From NCBI GenBank assembly GCA_965232515.1, contig CBDDPY010000002.1:5568001-5632000 (forward strand): a stretch of 64,000 nt of DNA, in the 5' to 3' direction. Under the pieces are notes generated by a model, which saw only the letters and a program-made list of their open reading frames with translations, made no database searches and was not told where the DNA came from. The first letter of the stretch is position 1. Each line of letters begins with the position of its first letter. Position numbers and translations under genes: made by a program. The stretch is from Alphaproteobacteria bacterium. Its GTDB lineage: Bacteria > Pseudomonadota > Alphaproteobacteria > GCA-2731375. This document shows positions 39,968-53,046 of the stretch, one piece after another.

Positions 39968-40551
39968 GGCGCGGCCGACGTCCGGGCGTCCGGCGCGGCC
40001 GTCAGGAACGCCGACAGGCGCGCGATCGCCTCGCGCACCACATCTTCATGCGGGCCGTCGCAGCTGTCGACGACGATATCGGCCTCGCCGTAGGTGGGGT
40101 AACGCGCCGTCATCAGATCTTGCAGTATCTGCCGCTGATCGCCGCCCTGCAACAGCGGCCGGTTGTTGCGCCGCCGCACGCGCTTCAACAGCACGTCCAG
40201 GTCCGCGCGCAGCCAGACCGAAATGCCGTTCTTGCGGATCGCCTTGCGCGTCGTCGGGTCCATGAAGGCGCCGCCGCCGGTGGCGAGCACGCAAACCGGG
40301 CCGGCCAGCAGGCGCTTGATCACCCGCCGCTCGCCGGCGCGAAACTCGGTCTCGCCGTAGAGTTGGAAGAAATCCGCGATCGAGCAGCCGGCCGCGGCCT
40401 CGATCTCCTCGTCGGCGTCGACGAACGGCAGCGCCAGCTCCTTGGCCAGCCGCCGGCCGACGGAGGTCTTGCCCGCGCCCATCAAACCGACCAGCACGAT
40501 GCTGCGGTCAAGCAGGCCAGGGTCGAAGCTGGCATTCCCGGCGGCCGTCAT
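39964..40551 (-). CDS. aroK: Shikimate kinase
   Basis: [17 protein letters not shown]. Confidence 0.96.
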   Translation of the reverse strand: MTAAGNASFDPGLLDRSIVLVGLMGAGKTSVGRRLAKELALPFVDADEEIEAAAGCSIADFFQLYGETEFRAGERRVIKRLLAGPVCVLATGGGAFMDPTTRKAIRKNGISVWLRADLDVLLKRVRRRNNRPLLQGGDQRQILQDLMTARYPTYGEADIVVDSCDGPHEDVVREAIARLSAFLTAAPDARTSAAP

Positions 40552-40786
40552 GGAATGTGGTGTAACCTCAAATAAACGCCTGTCGACGAATTATTGCCCG
40601 TGACCGTGCCGCGCTATTGTCCGATAGATAACGCCGGCCCGTTGCGCCGCGATTCTCCGACCGATAAACTGCCTTGGATATGCCATAATCTCAGTCTAGC
40701 ACATTCTTGGGGGCCGATCCGTCGCTCGTGGCCTCTACGCTTGCGGCCTCCAAATGCCGGATCTTCATGTCTGAATTCGCAGTCGA

Positions 40787-40927
40787 ATGAGAAAACTGTC
40801 GCGCATCCTGATGGTTCTAGTGGTGCTGGCGATCGTCGCCGGTGGCGGCCTGCTGGCCACGTGGGATATCCCGGCGCCGACAACCGCCGTGGAACAAACC
40901 ATTGATAACAGCCGGTTCCCCAAGTAA
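40787..40927 (+). CDS. 46-aa single-TM small protein (missed by ORF track)
   Basis: MRKLSRILMVLVVLAIVAGGGLLATWDIPAPTTAVEQTIDNSRFPK; basic N-terminus plus hydrophobic helix; GC-rich third positions. Confidence 0.75.
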   Translation: MRKLSRILMVLVVLAIVAGGGLLATWDIPAPTTAVEQTIDNSRFPK

Positions 40928-42791
40928 GCGGCGCCGTTTCGCCGGCCTCACGGCGATCGCCGTCGTCGCGTCCATGGGCCTGTCGACGCCCGGTTTCGGC
41001 CAGACCGGCACGACCGACCGGGTCGGGCCGCCGGTGCGCTTGCTGCCGCAGCCCGGCGCCAATCGGACCCGGCAAGCGCCGGCACCCGAGGTGCAGACCC
41101 TGCCGGCGCCTTCCGTTGAGCGCGCGGCGCCGGGCGCCGACGCCGCCGCGACGCCCGCGCCCGCGCCGAGCGATGTCGAGACGGCGGTGCCGCAAGGCAT
41201 CGAGGTCGGCGCGCTCGGCGCCATGGACCCATCCTCGATCGGTCTGCTCGACGGTCCGACGGACGGCGGCCTCGGCGTCGGCATGTGGGTCGGCACGCCC
41301 CGGACGGTGATCGCGCAATTGCTGCCGAAGCTGCCGATGGCGACCGGCTCGGCCGTAATGCACGACCTGGCGCGCCGGCTCCTGCTGACCTCGGCCGCGG
41401 TGCCGAGCGGTGCGACGGATGGCCCCAGCCTGCTGGCGATCCGCATCGAGCGATTGGCCGCCGGCGGCATGCTGAGCGAAGTCAACCAGCTGTTGCGGCT
41501 CGCCTCGCCCAAGCTGAACGACCCGCAGCTCGCGCGGGCCCGCATGAACGGCCTGCTGCTGTCGGGCGACAATGCCGGCGCCTGCGACATCGCCCGCGGC
41601 ATGATCGAAGCCGACGCCGACGCCATCTGGCAGAAGGTCGTGGCGTTCTGCCTGGCGCTGAACGGCGAGACCGCGAAGGTCGAGCTCTACGCCCAGCTTC
41701 TGCGCGAGCTGGGGCATGAGGACGCGCCGTTCTACAACCTGCTTTCGGCGCTGACGAACCAGCCGGCGTCACCGGTCGACAGCCTGCCGGCGCCGCTGCC
41801 GCTGCATCTGGCCATGTTGCGCGCGGCGCGTCAGGCGATTCCCGAAGACGCCGTCAGCAACGCCCAGCCGATGGTGCTGCGGGCGATCGCCACGTCGCCC
41901 AACGCCACGACTCAGCTCCGGCTGGAGGCGGCCGAGCGCGCCGCCGCCCGCCACGCACTGCCTGTCGACGCCTTGCGGCAGATTTATCTCGGCCTGCGCT
42001 TTACGCCCGAGGATCGGGCCAACGCCCTTGCCCGCGCGAAGCAGCTTCCGGGTCCGCAGAGCAACGCGCTGCTGTTGCAGGTGGCGCAGATCGAATCTCA
42101 GGCGCTCGGACGGGCCAGAACCATCGACGCGGCGCAGGCGGCCGGCGGCAAGAGCGATCAGGCCGAGTTGGCCGCGCGCGTCTACCTGCCGCTGCTGCGG
42201 GATCTCGAGCCCACGGTCGAGCTTTCCTGGTTTGCCGCGGCGGCCGGCAACGCCGCGGCCGCGGCCGGCGACATGGCCGTCGCCTTTGCCTGGCTGGACA
42301 GCGCGCAACGGCATGCCAGCCTGGAGAACGCGGATGCGGTGCGCGCGGTGATCGCGCTGTGGCCGGTGGTGCAGATCGGCGACGCCGAGCGCCGGTTGCC
42401 CTATAGCGACGAAGTGCGGCAGAACTGGTGGAAAGCGCTGCAGGCCTGGGAGGCGCCGGAGCGTTTTGCGCTCGCCCAGCGCTACTACAGCCTGCTACAG
42501 GCGCTGAATTACCCGCTGCCGGAAACGGCCTGGGAAGCGTTGTATGACGGGCCTCTGCGGGAGACCGCGCCGGTGGCGACGCCGGCCCTGCGGTTTGCCT
42601 TGTCCCGGGCGTCGGCCGAGGGGCGGATCGGCGAAGCCGTGCTGCTTGCGCTGCTTGCGCTCGGTCCCGGCGGCCCGGCGCAGGCGGGTGCTCTGACCCT
42701 CGGCGATGTCGTCTCGGCCCTGTCGGATGTCGGCTTGACGGCGGACGCGCATGCGGTCGCTCGCGAGGCGATGCTCGCGCGGCGTCGCTGA
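40902..42791 (+). CDS. Large exported alpha-helical hypothetical protein upstream of xerD
   Basis: Signal-like N-terminus, Pro/Ala linker, GLGVGMW.GT, GRIGEAVL..L; TTG start uncertain. Confidence 0.8.
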   Translation: MITAGSPSKRRRFAGLTAIAVVASMGLSTPGFGQTGTTDRVGPPVRLLPQPGANRTRQAPAPEVQTLPAPSVERAAPGADAAATPAPAPSDVETAVPQGIEVGALGAMDPSSIGLLDGPTDGGLGVGMWVGTPRTVIAQLLPKLPMATGSAVMHDLARRLLLTSAAVPSGATDGPSLLAIRIERLAAGGMLSEVNQLLRLASPKLNDPQLARARMNGLLLSGDNAGACDIARGMIEADADAIWQKVVAFCLALNGETAKVELYAQLLRELGHEDAPFYNLLSALTNQPASPVDSLPAPLPLHLAMLRAARQAIPEDAVSNAQPMVLRAIATSPNATTQLRLEAAERAAARHALPVDALRQIYLGLRFTPEDRANALARAKQLPGPQSNALLLQVAQIESQALGRARTIDAAQAAGGKSDQAELAARVYLPLLRDLEPTVELSWFAAAAGNAAAAAGDMAVAFAWLDSAQRHASLENADAVRAVIALWPVVQIGDAERRLPYSDEVRQNWWKALQAWEAPERFALAQRYYSLLQALNYPLPETAWEALYDGPLRETAPVATPALRFALSRASAEGRIGEAVLLALLALGPGGPAQAGALTLGDVVSALSDVGLTADAHAVAREAMLARRR

Positions 42792-42820
42792 CGGTCGTTC
42801 ATTGGAATAGGTTTGTTGGC

Positions 42821-43711
42821 GTGACTTCTCGGTACATCGAGACATTTCTGGAAATGCTGAGCGTCGAGCGCGGCGCGGCGGCGAACACACTCGACTCCTA
42901 TCGCCGCGACTTGACGCATTTCAGCGATTTTCTTGGCAGCGATATAGCGGCGGCCAGCGACAACGACATTCGCCGTTATCTCGACAGCCTGCACCAGGCC
43001 GGCATGGCGGCATCGACGGCCGCCCGTCGGCTGTCGGCCCTGCGCCAGTTCTATCGCTTCCTCTATGCCGACGGCGCGCGTCAGGACGATCCTTCGAAGG
43101 CCATCGACAGTCCGCGCCGCCAACGACCGCTGCCGAAGATCCTGAGCGAGGACGAGGTGGATCTGCTGCTGCAGGCCGCGCGCGAACGGCCGGGACCCGA
43201 GGGCGTGCGCCTGGTGGCGCTGATGGAGGTGCTGTACGCCACCGGCCTGCGGGTGTCCGAGCTGGTCAGCCTGCCGTATCCGGCTGTGCGCGGCGATGAG
43301 AACTTCCTGGTCGTTCGCGGCAAGGGAGACAAGGACCGCGTGGTGCCGCTTGGCCACCCGGCCCTGGTGGCGCTGACGCAATACGAACTGGTGCGTAAGC
43401 GTTTCGTGCGCCGTCAGGAAGACGCAAAGTGGCTGTTTCCTTCGCGTTCCAAGGGCGGTCACCTGACCCGACAGCGCTTTTCTCAACTGATCAAGCAGCT
43501 TGCCGTCGATGCCGGCGTCGCGCCCAGCAAGGTCTCCCCGCACACGCTGCGCCACGCCTTCGCCAGCCACCTGCTGGCCAACGGCGCCGACCTGCGCGCG
43601 GTTCAGAAGATGCTTGGCCATGCCGACATTTCGACGACGCAGATCTATACGCACGTTCTGCAGGAACGCCTCCGGAGCCTGGTCGAGACCCGGCATCCGT
43701 TGAGTGGCTGA
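42821..43711 (+). CDS. xerD: Site-specific tyrosine recombinase XerD
   Basis: [39 protein letters not shown]; context aroK / accA. Confidence 0.92.
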   Translation: MTSRYIETFLEMLSVERGAAANTLDSYRRDLTHFSDFLGSDIAAASDNDIRRYLDSLHQAGMAASTAARRLSALRQFYRFLYADGARQDDPSKAIDSPRRQRPLPKILSEDEVDLLLQAARERPGPEGVRLVALMEVLYATGLRVSELVSLPYPAVRGDENFLVVRGKGDKDRVVPLGHPALVALTQYELVRKRFVRRQEDAKWLFPSRSKGGHLTRQRFSQLIKQLAVDAGVAPSKVSPHTLRHAFASHLLANGADLRAVQKMLGHADISTTQIYTHVLQERLRSLVETRHPLSG

Positions 43712-43785
43712 CCGGATGCTCCGCGCTTGACAAGTCAGGACCACGAAGGCAACGTCCCGCCGCTTTTGGGGTGGACCGTCCGCAT

Positions 43786-44754
43786 ATGATCAGCTTCCTC
43801 GATTTCGAAAAACCCGTTGCCGAGCTGGAAAGCAAGATCCAGGAGCTGCGCCAGTTGAACGGCGAAGGCGAGGACGCCGGCAAAGTCGATATCGAGGAAG
43901 AGGTCGGACGGCTGCAGGCGAAAGCCGACTCGCTGCTGATCGACACCTACGCCAAGCTGACGCCCTGGCAGAAGACGCTGGTGGCGCGGCACCCGGCGCG
44001 TCCCCACTTCAACGACTATGCCGCCGGCCTGCTGACGGATTTCATGCCGTTGTCGGGCGACCGGTCGTTCGCCGAGGACAAGGCCGTGCTTGGCGGCCTC
44101 GGACGGCTCGACGGCCGTGCCGTCGTCGTCATCGGGCATGAGAAGGGCAGCGATACCCAGTCGCGCGTGGTGCACAATTTCGGCATGGCCCGGCCGGAAG
44201 GCTATCGCAAGGCGGTCCGGCTGATGCGGCTCGCCGATCGTTTCGGGCTGCCGATCATTACCTTCGTCGACACGCCAGGCGCCTATCCCGGCGTCGGCGC
44301 CGAGGAGCGTGGCCAGGCCGAGGCGATCGCGCGCTCAACCGAAACCTGCCTGCAGATGGGCGTACCGCTGATCGCCTGTATCGTCGGCGAGGGCGGTTCG
44401 GGTGGCGCCGTGGCGCTGGCGGCCGGCAACCGCGTTCTGATGCTGGAGCATGCGATCTATTCGGTGATCTCGCCGGAAGGCTGCGCCTCGATCCTGTGGC
44501 GCTCGTCGGACCGGGCGCAGGACGCCGCAGATGCCCTCAAGCTGACGGCGCAGGATCTGCAGAAGCTCGGCGTTATCGACACCATCGTGTCGGAGCCGGT
44601 CGGCGGCGCGCATCGCAAGCCCGCCGAGACGATCGCGGCGCTCGGCGAGGCCGTGTCGCAGGCGATCGCCGAGTTCGACGGCATGTCGGCCGTCGAGATG
44701 CGCCAGCATCGCCGCGAGAAGTTCCTGGAAATCGGCCGTTCCGGCCTAAGCTGA
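43786..44754 (+). CDS. accA: Acetyl-CoA carboxylase carboxyltransferase alpha subunit
   Basis: [42 protein letters not shown]. Confidence 0.97.
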   Translation: MISFLDFEKPVAELESKIQELRQLNGEGEDAGKVDIEEEVGRLQAKADSLLIDTYAKLTPWQKTLVARHPARPHFNDYAAGLLTDFMPLSGDRSFAEDKAVLGGLGRLDGRAVVVIGHEKGSDTQSRVVHNFGMARPEGYRKAVRLMRLADRFGLPIITFVDTPGAYPGVGAEERGQAEAIARSTETCLQMGVPLIACIVGEGGSGGAVALAAGNRVLMLEHAIYSVISPEGCASILWRSSDRAQDAADALKLTAQDLQKLGVIDTIVSEPVGGAHRKPAETIAALGEAVSQAIAEFDGMSAVEMRQHRREKFLEIGRSGLS

Positions 44755-44774
44755 GCAGCGCCGCCAGTGCTGTC

Positions 44775-44864
44775 CCTGGATGCCCGGGTTAAGCCCGGGC
44801 ATGACGTTAAGGCGTTGAAATTGGGACAGATTCGTCATTGCCGGGCTTGACCCGGCAATCCAGG
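44775..44864. repeat. Inverted dimer of CGTC-tagged palindromic REP repeats (family D)
   Basis: 44775-44806 reverse complement CGTCATGCCCGGGCTTAACCCGGGCATCCAGG; 44833-44864 CGTCATTGCCGGGCTTGACCCGGCAATCCAGG. Confidence 0.88.
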
Positions 44865-44921
44865 TAACAGCCCTAGCGACGGGTGTAGGGTCGGATCTGT
44901 TCGACAGATCGCCCGGCAGTG

Positions 44922-47669
<2,748 letters not shown>

Positions 47670-47923
47670 GTAAGAATGAACCTCTGGTAACGCCGGCGGC
47701 GTTCGACCGCGGACATGCGAAATAAGGCCTGGAATCCGGATTGCAGGCGACTTGACACATAAGCGGCGGTGGCGGGTCTGTCAACGAATGCCGGGGGGCT
47801 GGCGGGTTGCAGGCGCGGGTTAACCGCGACCATCCATGGGTTTCCCTTGTGTTCCCGCAACCTTTGCCGGAATATGCCCGGCTAGCCCGACGGGCTTATC
47901 CATTGATAAGGAGTCTCCCTGCT

Positions 47924-48835
47924 ATGCCATTTCCGAGGCCCCAGACGCTTTGCGTCGCGGGAATGCTCGCTCTTGCCTGCGGCGCGTCGGCGCCGGCGCT
48001 GGCGCAATCAACGGCACCGGCGCAACCGGCCGCAGATGCCGACAGCCGGGAGGCCGAACCTGTCGTGGCCACGGTCAACGGCACGAAGATCTACTACGGC
48101 GACGTCCTGCGCGCACGGCAAAGCCTCCCGGCGGAGTATCAGAGCGTGCCGATGGAGATGATCTTCGGGGCTCTGCTTAACCAGCTGGTCGATCAACGTC
48201 TGGTGGCGCTGGCGGCGCGCGAGGCCAAGATCGACGAGGATCCGATTGTGCAGGAGCAGCTGCGTGCGCTCGAAGAGCAGGTGCTGCAGCAGGGCTATCT
48301 GCGCAAGCAGATCGAACCCGAGCTGACGGTCGAGAAACTGCAGGCCCGCTACGACGCGCAGTACAAGGGCCAAACCGGCGCCGAGGAAGTGCGCGCCCGT
48401 CATATCCTGCTGGAGACCGAGGAGAAGGCGCGCGAGGTGCTGGCGGACATCCGCGGCGGCGCCGATTTCGCCGAGGCCGCCAAGACACATTCGACCGGAC
48501 CGTCGGGGCCCCGCGGCGGCGACCTGGGCTTCTTCCAGGCCGGCCAGATGGTGCCCGAATTCAGCGAGGCCGCGTTCGCCATGCAGGCGGGCGAGGTGTC
48601 CGACCCGGTGCAGACCCAGTTCGGCTGGCACATCATCAAGGTCGAGGAACGCCGCGCGGCGCCGGCGCCGGCCTTCGAGGAAGTGGCCGATGAGTTGCGC
48701 ACCGAAGTGCAGCGCGAGGTGGTCGCCAAGGTGGTGAGCGACCTGCGCGAGGGCGCTGAAATCGAGACCTTCACGCCGGAAGGCAATCCGGTCATTCAGC
48801 CGTCCGGCGCGCAACCGCCGTCCGGCCAGCAATAG
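47924..48835 (+). CDS. Parvulin-type peptidyl-prolyl isomerase (PrsA/PpiC-like)
   Basis: Signal peptide; ARHIL, GGDLGFF, MVPEF, TQFGWHII. Confidence 0.92.
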   Translation: MPFPRPQTLCVAGMLALACGASAPALAQSTAPAQPAADADSREAEPVVATVNGTKIYYGDVLRARQSLPAEYQSVPMEMIFGALLNQLVDQRLVALAAREAKIDEDPIVQEQLRALEEQVLQQGYLRKQIEPELTVEKLQARYDAQYKGQTGAEEVRARHILLETEEKAREVLADIRGGADFAEAAKTHSTGPSGPRGGDLGFFQAGQMVPEFSEAAFAMQAGEVSDPVQTQFGWHIIKVEERRAAPAPAFEEVADELRTEVQREVVAKVVSDLREGAEIETFTPEGNPVIQPSGAQPPSGQQ

Positions 48836-48916
48836 GCGCACAGCGGCCCGCTTGTCGGCGGGCCAACGGGTTAGGTACCATCCGGCGCGTTCGCAGCCGG
48901 GGGAATTCGATCGTCC

Positions 48917-50155
48917 ATGCCGAAACTCAAAAAATCACCGCTGGCGCCCAAGCGGTTCCCGAAACTGCCCGATGTCGCCGGTGTCGAGCTGGCCGCCGTC
49001 GCCGCGGGCGAACGCTATCGCGGCCGCGATGACGTGATGCTGGCCCGGCTGCCGGCGGGCACGACGGCAGCGGGCGTGTTCACGCAAAGCAGTTTTCCGG
49101 GCGCGCCGGTCGACTGGTGCCGGCGGCAGATCGGTCGCGGCCGGGCGCGGGCGCTGCTGGTCAACGCCGGCAACGCCAACGTGTTTACCGGCCGGTCGGG
49201 CGCGGAGGCGGTGTCTGACGGGACCGCGGCGGTCGCCGATCTCGTCGGCTGCCAGGCACGGGACGTGTTCGTGGCGTCGACCGGCGTGATCGGCGAGAAG
49301 CTGGCGTTTCAGCGGATCCGCAAGGCGATCGGTCGGGCCGGCAAGCAGCTCGGCCGGTCGGACTGGCAGGCGGCGGCGCGGGCGATCATGACGACCGATA
49401 CCTATCCCAAGGGCAGCGGCCGCACCGCGCGCATCGGCGATACCGAGGTGGCCATTGCCGGCATCGCCAAGGGCAGCGGCATGATCGCGCCCGATATGGC
49501 GACGATGCTGGCGTTCGTCTTCACCGATGCGAAGATCCCGGCCGATGTGCTGCAGACACTGCTGGCCGACATCAACCGGCGCAGCTTCAATGCGATCACC
49601 GTCGACAGCGACACCTCGACCAGCGACACCGTGCTGCTGTTCGCCACCGGTCAGGCCGGCCGCCACCCGGCCGTCCGCGGCCCGCGCGACCGGCAGCTCG
49701 CCGATTTCCGGGCCAGGCTGGAGGAGGTAATGGCCGATCTGGCGCGGCAGATCGTGCGCGACGGCGAGGGCGCCGGTAAGTTCATCGAAATCCGCGTGTC
49801 CGGCGCCGCCTCGGCCAAGGCCGCGCGGGCCATCGGCAAATCGATCGCCAACTCGCCGCTGGTGAAGACCGCGATCGCCGGCGAAGACGCCAACTGGGGC
49901 CGTATCGTCATGGCCATCGGCAAATCAGGCCAGCGCGCCGACCGGGACCGGCTCGCCATCCGCATCGGCGGTGTGCAGGTGGCCGAAAACGGGTATGTCA
50001 GTTCCGGTTACCGCGAGAAGGACGTGGTGCCGCATATGCGGGGCCAGGAGATCGAGATCGACGTCGATGTCGGGGTCGGCAACGGCAAGGCGACGATCTG
50101 GACCTGCGACCTGACGCACGGCTATATCGACATCAACGCGGATTACCGCTCCTGA
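48917..50155 (+). CDS. argJ: Bifunctional ornithine acetyltransferase/N-acetylglutamate synthase
   Basis: IMTTDT, KGSGMIAPDMATML, DGEGA, SPLVKTA, INADYRS. Confidence 0.96.
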   Translation: MPKLKKSPLAPKRFPKLPDVAGVELAAVAAGERYRGRDDVMLARLPAGTTAAGVFTQSSFPGAPVDWCRRQIGRGRARALLVNAGNANVFTGRSGAEAVSDGTAAVADLVGCQARDVFVASTGVIGEKLAFQRIRKAIGRAGKQLGRSDWQAAARAIMTTDTYPKGSGRTARIGDTEVAIAGIAKGSGMIAPDMATMLAFVFTDAKIPADVLQTLLADINRRSFNAITVDSDTSTSDTVLLFATGQAGRHPAVRGPRDRQLADFRARLEEVMADLARQIVRDGEGAGKFIEIRVSGAASAKAARAIGKSIANSPLVKTAIAGEDANWGRIVMAIGKSGQRADRDRLAIRIGGVQVAENGYVSSGYREKDVVPHMRGQEIEIDVDVGVGNGKATIWTCDLTHGYIDINADYRS

Positions 50156-50562
50156 TGACGGCGCCGCCGGTGTTGCTGGTCGCGGCGGCGGCGCTGGTCG
50201 ACGCCGACGGCCGGGTGTTGCTGGCGCAACGGCCGCCCGGCAAGTCCATGGCCGGCCTGTGGGAGTTTCCCGGCGGCAAGGTCGAGCCGGACGAGCTGCC
50301 GGAACAAACGCTGATCCGGGAACTGCGCGAGGAACTCGGCATCGACGTCACGGCGAGCTGCCTGGCGCCTTTTACGTTCGCCTCACATACCTATGACGAT
50401 TTCCACCTGCTGATGCCGCTCTACGTCTGCCGCAAATGGGACGGCATCGTGCAGGGCCGGGAAGGCCAGACATTGAAATGGGTCCGGCCGCGCCAGATGA
50501 ACGACTACCCCATGCCGCCCGCGGACAAGCCGCTGGTGGCCATGCTGCGTGATCTGCTCTAG
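50155..50562 (+). CDS. mutT: 8-oxo-dGTP diphosphatase
   Basis: WEFPGGKVE...RELREELG Nudix box. Confidence 0.92.
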   Translation: MTAPPVLLVAAAALVDADGRVLLAQRPPGKSMAGLWEFPGGKVEPDELPEQTLIRELREELGIDVTASCLAPFTFASHTYDDFHLLMPLYVCRKWDGIVQGREGQTLKWVRPRQMNDYPMPPADKPLVAMLRDLL

Positions 50563-50565
50563 CGG

Positions 50566-50886
50566 TTACTCCGCCAAGCCGAGGGACTTGATGTAGGCGA
50601 CCAGGTGCTCGATGTCGTCGCGCTCGAAATTGAAGGGTGGCATCGGCGGGTGCGGATCGCTGAGGAAGCCGCGGAGCGCGCCCTCTGACTTGCCGGGATC
50701 GCGGGCCAGCGCGGCGAAGGGCGGGCCGGCGTCCGGCGCGACCGTGCCGGCGTTGTCGTCGATCAGGTGACATTCCACGCACCAGCGCTCGGCAATGCGG
50801 CGGCCTTCGGCCGCGTCCTGGGCGGTGGCCGGAAAAGCGACAAAGCTGAACGCGATGGCGCCGAAAAGCAGTCTCGAGATCATCAT
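50566..50886 (-). CDS. Small monoheme cytochrome c
   Basis: Signal peptide, WCVECH (CxxCH), HPPMP distal Met. Confidence 0.88.
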   Translation of the reverse strand: MMISRLLFGAIAFSFVAFPATAQDAAEGRRIAERWCVECHLIDDNAGTVAPDAGPPFAALARDPGKSEGALRGFLSDPHPPMPPFNFERDDIEHLVAYIKSLGLAE

Positions 50887-50955
50887 GGTCCCTCTATGTA
50901 CATCGATACGTGAGATTGCATTGACTGGCATCAAGGCGCGTTGCGTCGGCTGCCG

Positions 50956-51876
50956 TCAGTCGGAGGCCCGGTCTGGCGCCGCTTTTTCGCCGGCCGAATG
51001 CTCCGGCACGCCGAGCGCTTCGGCAAGGCGGCTCTTGGCGCTGCCGGGCCGCAGCGGCTGCTGCTGGCTTTCGTGCGGCGTCCAGGCCGTGAGATAGAGG
51101 ATCTGGAAGGTGGCCGGCACGCGATTTTCGCCGTCGGCGAATGCGGAGATATAGGCGTCCGCCATCGCCATCACGGTCTGTCGACGCGAAAAACCTTGCC
51201 GGCGTTGCCGCACGGCGTTGCTTTCGCCCATGCCGCGCAGCTCGCGCATCAGGGTGAACGGCTCGGCATAGCTGGCGACGATGTCGTCGCTGTCGACGAC
51301 TGGCAGCGCGAAGCCGGCCCGCTGCAACAGCCCGCCCGCGTCGCGGATGTCGACGAAGGGCGAGACATGCGGGCTGGCCCCTGATTCAAGCGTTGCCTCG
51401 GCCGTGAGCCAGGCCTGCCGCAGTTCGGGCAGGCTGCCGCCGCCCAGAATGGCCGCCAGGAACAGGCCGTCGGGTTTCAGGGCGCGGTTGATCTGCACCA
51501 ACGCGCCCGGCAGGTCGTTCACCCAGTGCAGCGACAGCACGCTGACGACCAGATCGAAACTGTGCGGTCGGAACGGCAGAAATTCCTCGTCCGCGGCCAG
51601 CCGGAGATCCCGCCCCCGGTGCAGCATGGCCGGCGACAGGTCCGTCTGCACCAGCCGCTCGATGCCGCCGCGGCCGCCCACGACCTCGGCGAACTGCCCG
51701 GTATGGCAGCCGAGATCGAGCGCCGTCGGAAAGTGGCGGGCGACGTCGGCCAGCCGGTCGGCTAGGCGGTCTGCCACCTCCCGAAACAGGAATTCGTGGT
51801 GCTCTAACCCGGCGGCGGCGCGGTCGCGGTGACGGCGCACGGTTCCGCGGTCGAAAACCCGCATCGGCTCGTCCAT
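50956..51876 (-). CDS. SAM-dependent methyltransferase (BioC/NDUFAF5-like)
   Basis: LDLGCHTG, LHWVNDLPG, LLQRAGFALPVVD, LRPGSA. Confidence 0.9.
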   Translation of the reverse strand: MDEPMRVFDRGTVRRHRDRAAAGLEHHEFLFREVADRLADRLADVARHFPTALDLGCHTGQFAEVVGGRGGIERLVQTDLSPAMLHRGRDLRLAADEEFLPFRPHSFDLVVSVLSLHWVNDLPGALVQINRALKPDGLFLAAILGGGSLPELRQAWLTAEATLESGASPHVSPFVDIRDAGGLLQRAGFALPVVDSDDIVASYAEPFTLMRELRGMGESNAVRQRRQGFSRRQTVMAMADAYISAFADGENRVPATFQILYLTAWTPHESQQQPLRPGSAKSRLAEALGVPEHSAGEKAAPDRASD

Positions 51877-51944
51877 GGCGGAAGAGATTATCGTGCGCCG
51901 CGCCGATTTCACAGTGCCGCCACGAACTGCGTTAAAGTCGACCC

Positions 51945-52709
51945 ATGATCGATATCTCGCAGGCCACGGGGGGACTGCGGCGCGGCGCTGGCGTCGTGCT
52001 CGACATGCTTCTGCCGCCGCAATGCCTGAATTGCCGGGCGCCCGTGGATCGTCAGGGCGAGCTGTGCGCCGAATGCTGGCAGGCGATCGGCTTTCTGGCC
52101 GAGCCTTGCTGCGAGAGCTGCGGTTATCCCTTCGCCTATGACGAAGGCGTGGATGTCGTGTGTGCCGCCTGCCTGGCGTCGCCGCCGGTTTACGATCGGG
52201 CGCGGGCCGTAATGGCCTACAACGACGCCAGCCGCCATCTGGTGCTGTCGTTCAAGCATGGCGACCGTCTGGAAGGAGCGCCGTCCTATGGCCGCTGGCT
52301 GGAACGCGTCGGGCGGCACCTGCTGGACGAGGCCGATCTGATCGCGCCGGTGCCGCTGCATCGCTGGCGGCTCTTGAAGCGGCGCTACAACCAGGCCGCG
52401 CTGATGGCTCAGGCGCTGGCGCGCCGGAGCGGTTTGCCTGCCGTCAACGACCTGCTGCGACGGACCCGACCAACGCCGAGCCAGGGCGGGCGCAGTCCGG
52501 CCCAGCGGCGAGCCAACGTCCGCGGCGCTTTCGAGGTGCGTCGGGGCTATCGGGCGCGGCTTGCCGGCCGGCGGGTGCTGCTGATCGACGATGTCATGAC
52601 GACGGGTGCCACCGTGAACGCGATCGCAACTGTGCTGCGGCGGCATGGCGTCCGTGGTGTCGATGTGCTGACGCTGGCACGGGTTGTGCGGCCGCGGACA
52701 ACGGCCTAA
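51945..52709 (+). CDS. comF: ComF family protein (zinc ribbon + PRTase)
   Basis: CxxC pairs, VPLH..R...R.YNQA, LLIDDVMTTGAT. Confidence 0.9.
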   Translation: MIDISQATGGLRRGAGVVLDMLLPPQCLNCRAPVDRQGELCAECWQAIGFLAEPCCESCGYPFAYDEGVDVVCAACLASPPVYDRARAVMAYNDASRHLVLSFKHGDRLEGAPSYGRWLERVGRHLLDEADLIAPVPLHRWRLLKRRYNQAALMAQALARRSGLPAVNDLLRRTRPTPSQGGRSPAQRRANVRGAFEVRRGYRARLAGRRVLLIDDVMTTGATVNAIATVLRRHGVRGVDVLTLARVVRPRTTA

Positions 52710-52763
52710 TTATAGACCGACATGTTCAAAATATTCCGACGCCGCACCGCAGAGACCGAGCCG

Positions 52764-53024
52764 ATGTCTAATGTCGTTATGTACACCACCATGTTCTGCC
52801 CGTTCTGTTATCGGGCCAAGAAGCTGTTGAACAAGAAGGGCGTCGCGTTTACCGAAATCGACATCGGCGCCGTGCCGGGGGCGCGGGACGAGATGCTGCA
52901 GCGCGCCGGCGGCCGGCACACGGTGCCGCAGATCTTCATCGGCGAGACCCATGTCGGCGGCTGCGACGATCTGTTCGCGTTGGAACAGGACAATCGGCTC
53001 GACCCGCTGCTGCAGGCGAGCTGA
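52764..53024 (+). CDS. grxC: Glutaredoxin 3
   Basis: CPFC, TVPQIFI, GGCDDL. Confidence 0.95.
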   Translation: MSNVVMYTTMFCPFCYRAKKLLNKKGVAFTEIDIGAVPGARDEMLQRAGGRHTVPQIFIGETHVGGCDDLFALEQDNRLDPLLQAS

Positions 53025-53046
53025 CGACCGGGGAAGGAGGCGGAGG

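Noticed and set aside
42821-43711. Tyrosine recombinase as the integrase of the accessory tract or immunity array
   Set aside because: It lies 20 kb away in the usual aroK/accA housekeeping context and looks like chromosomal XerD
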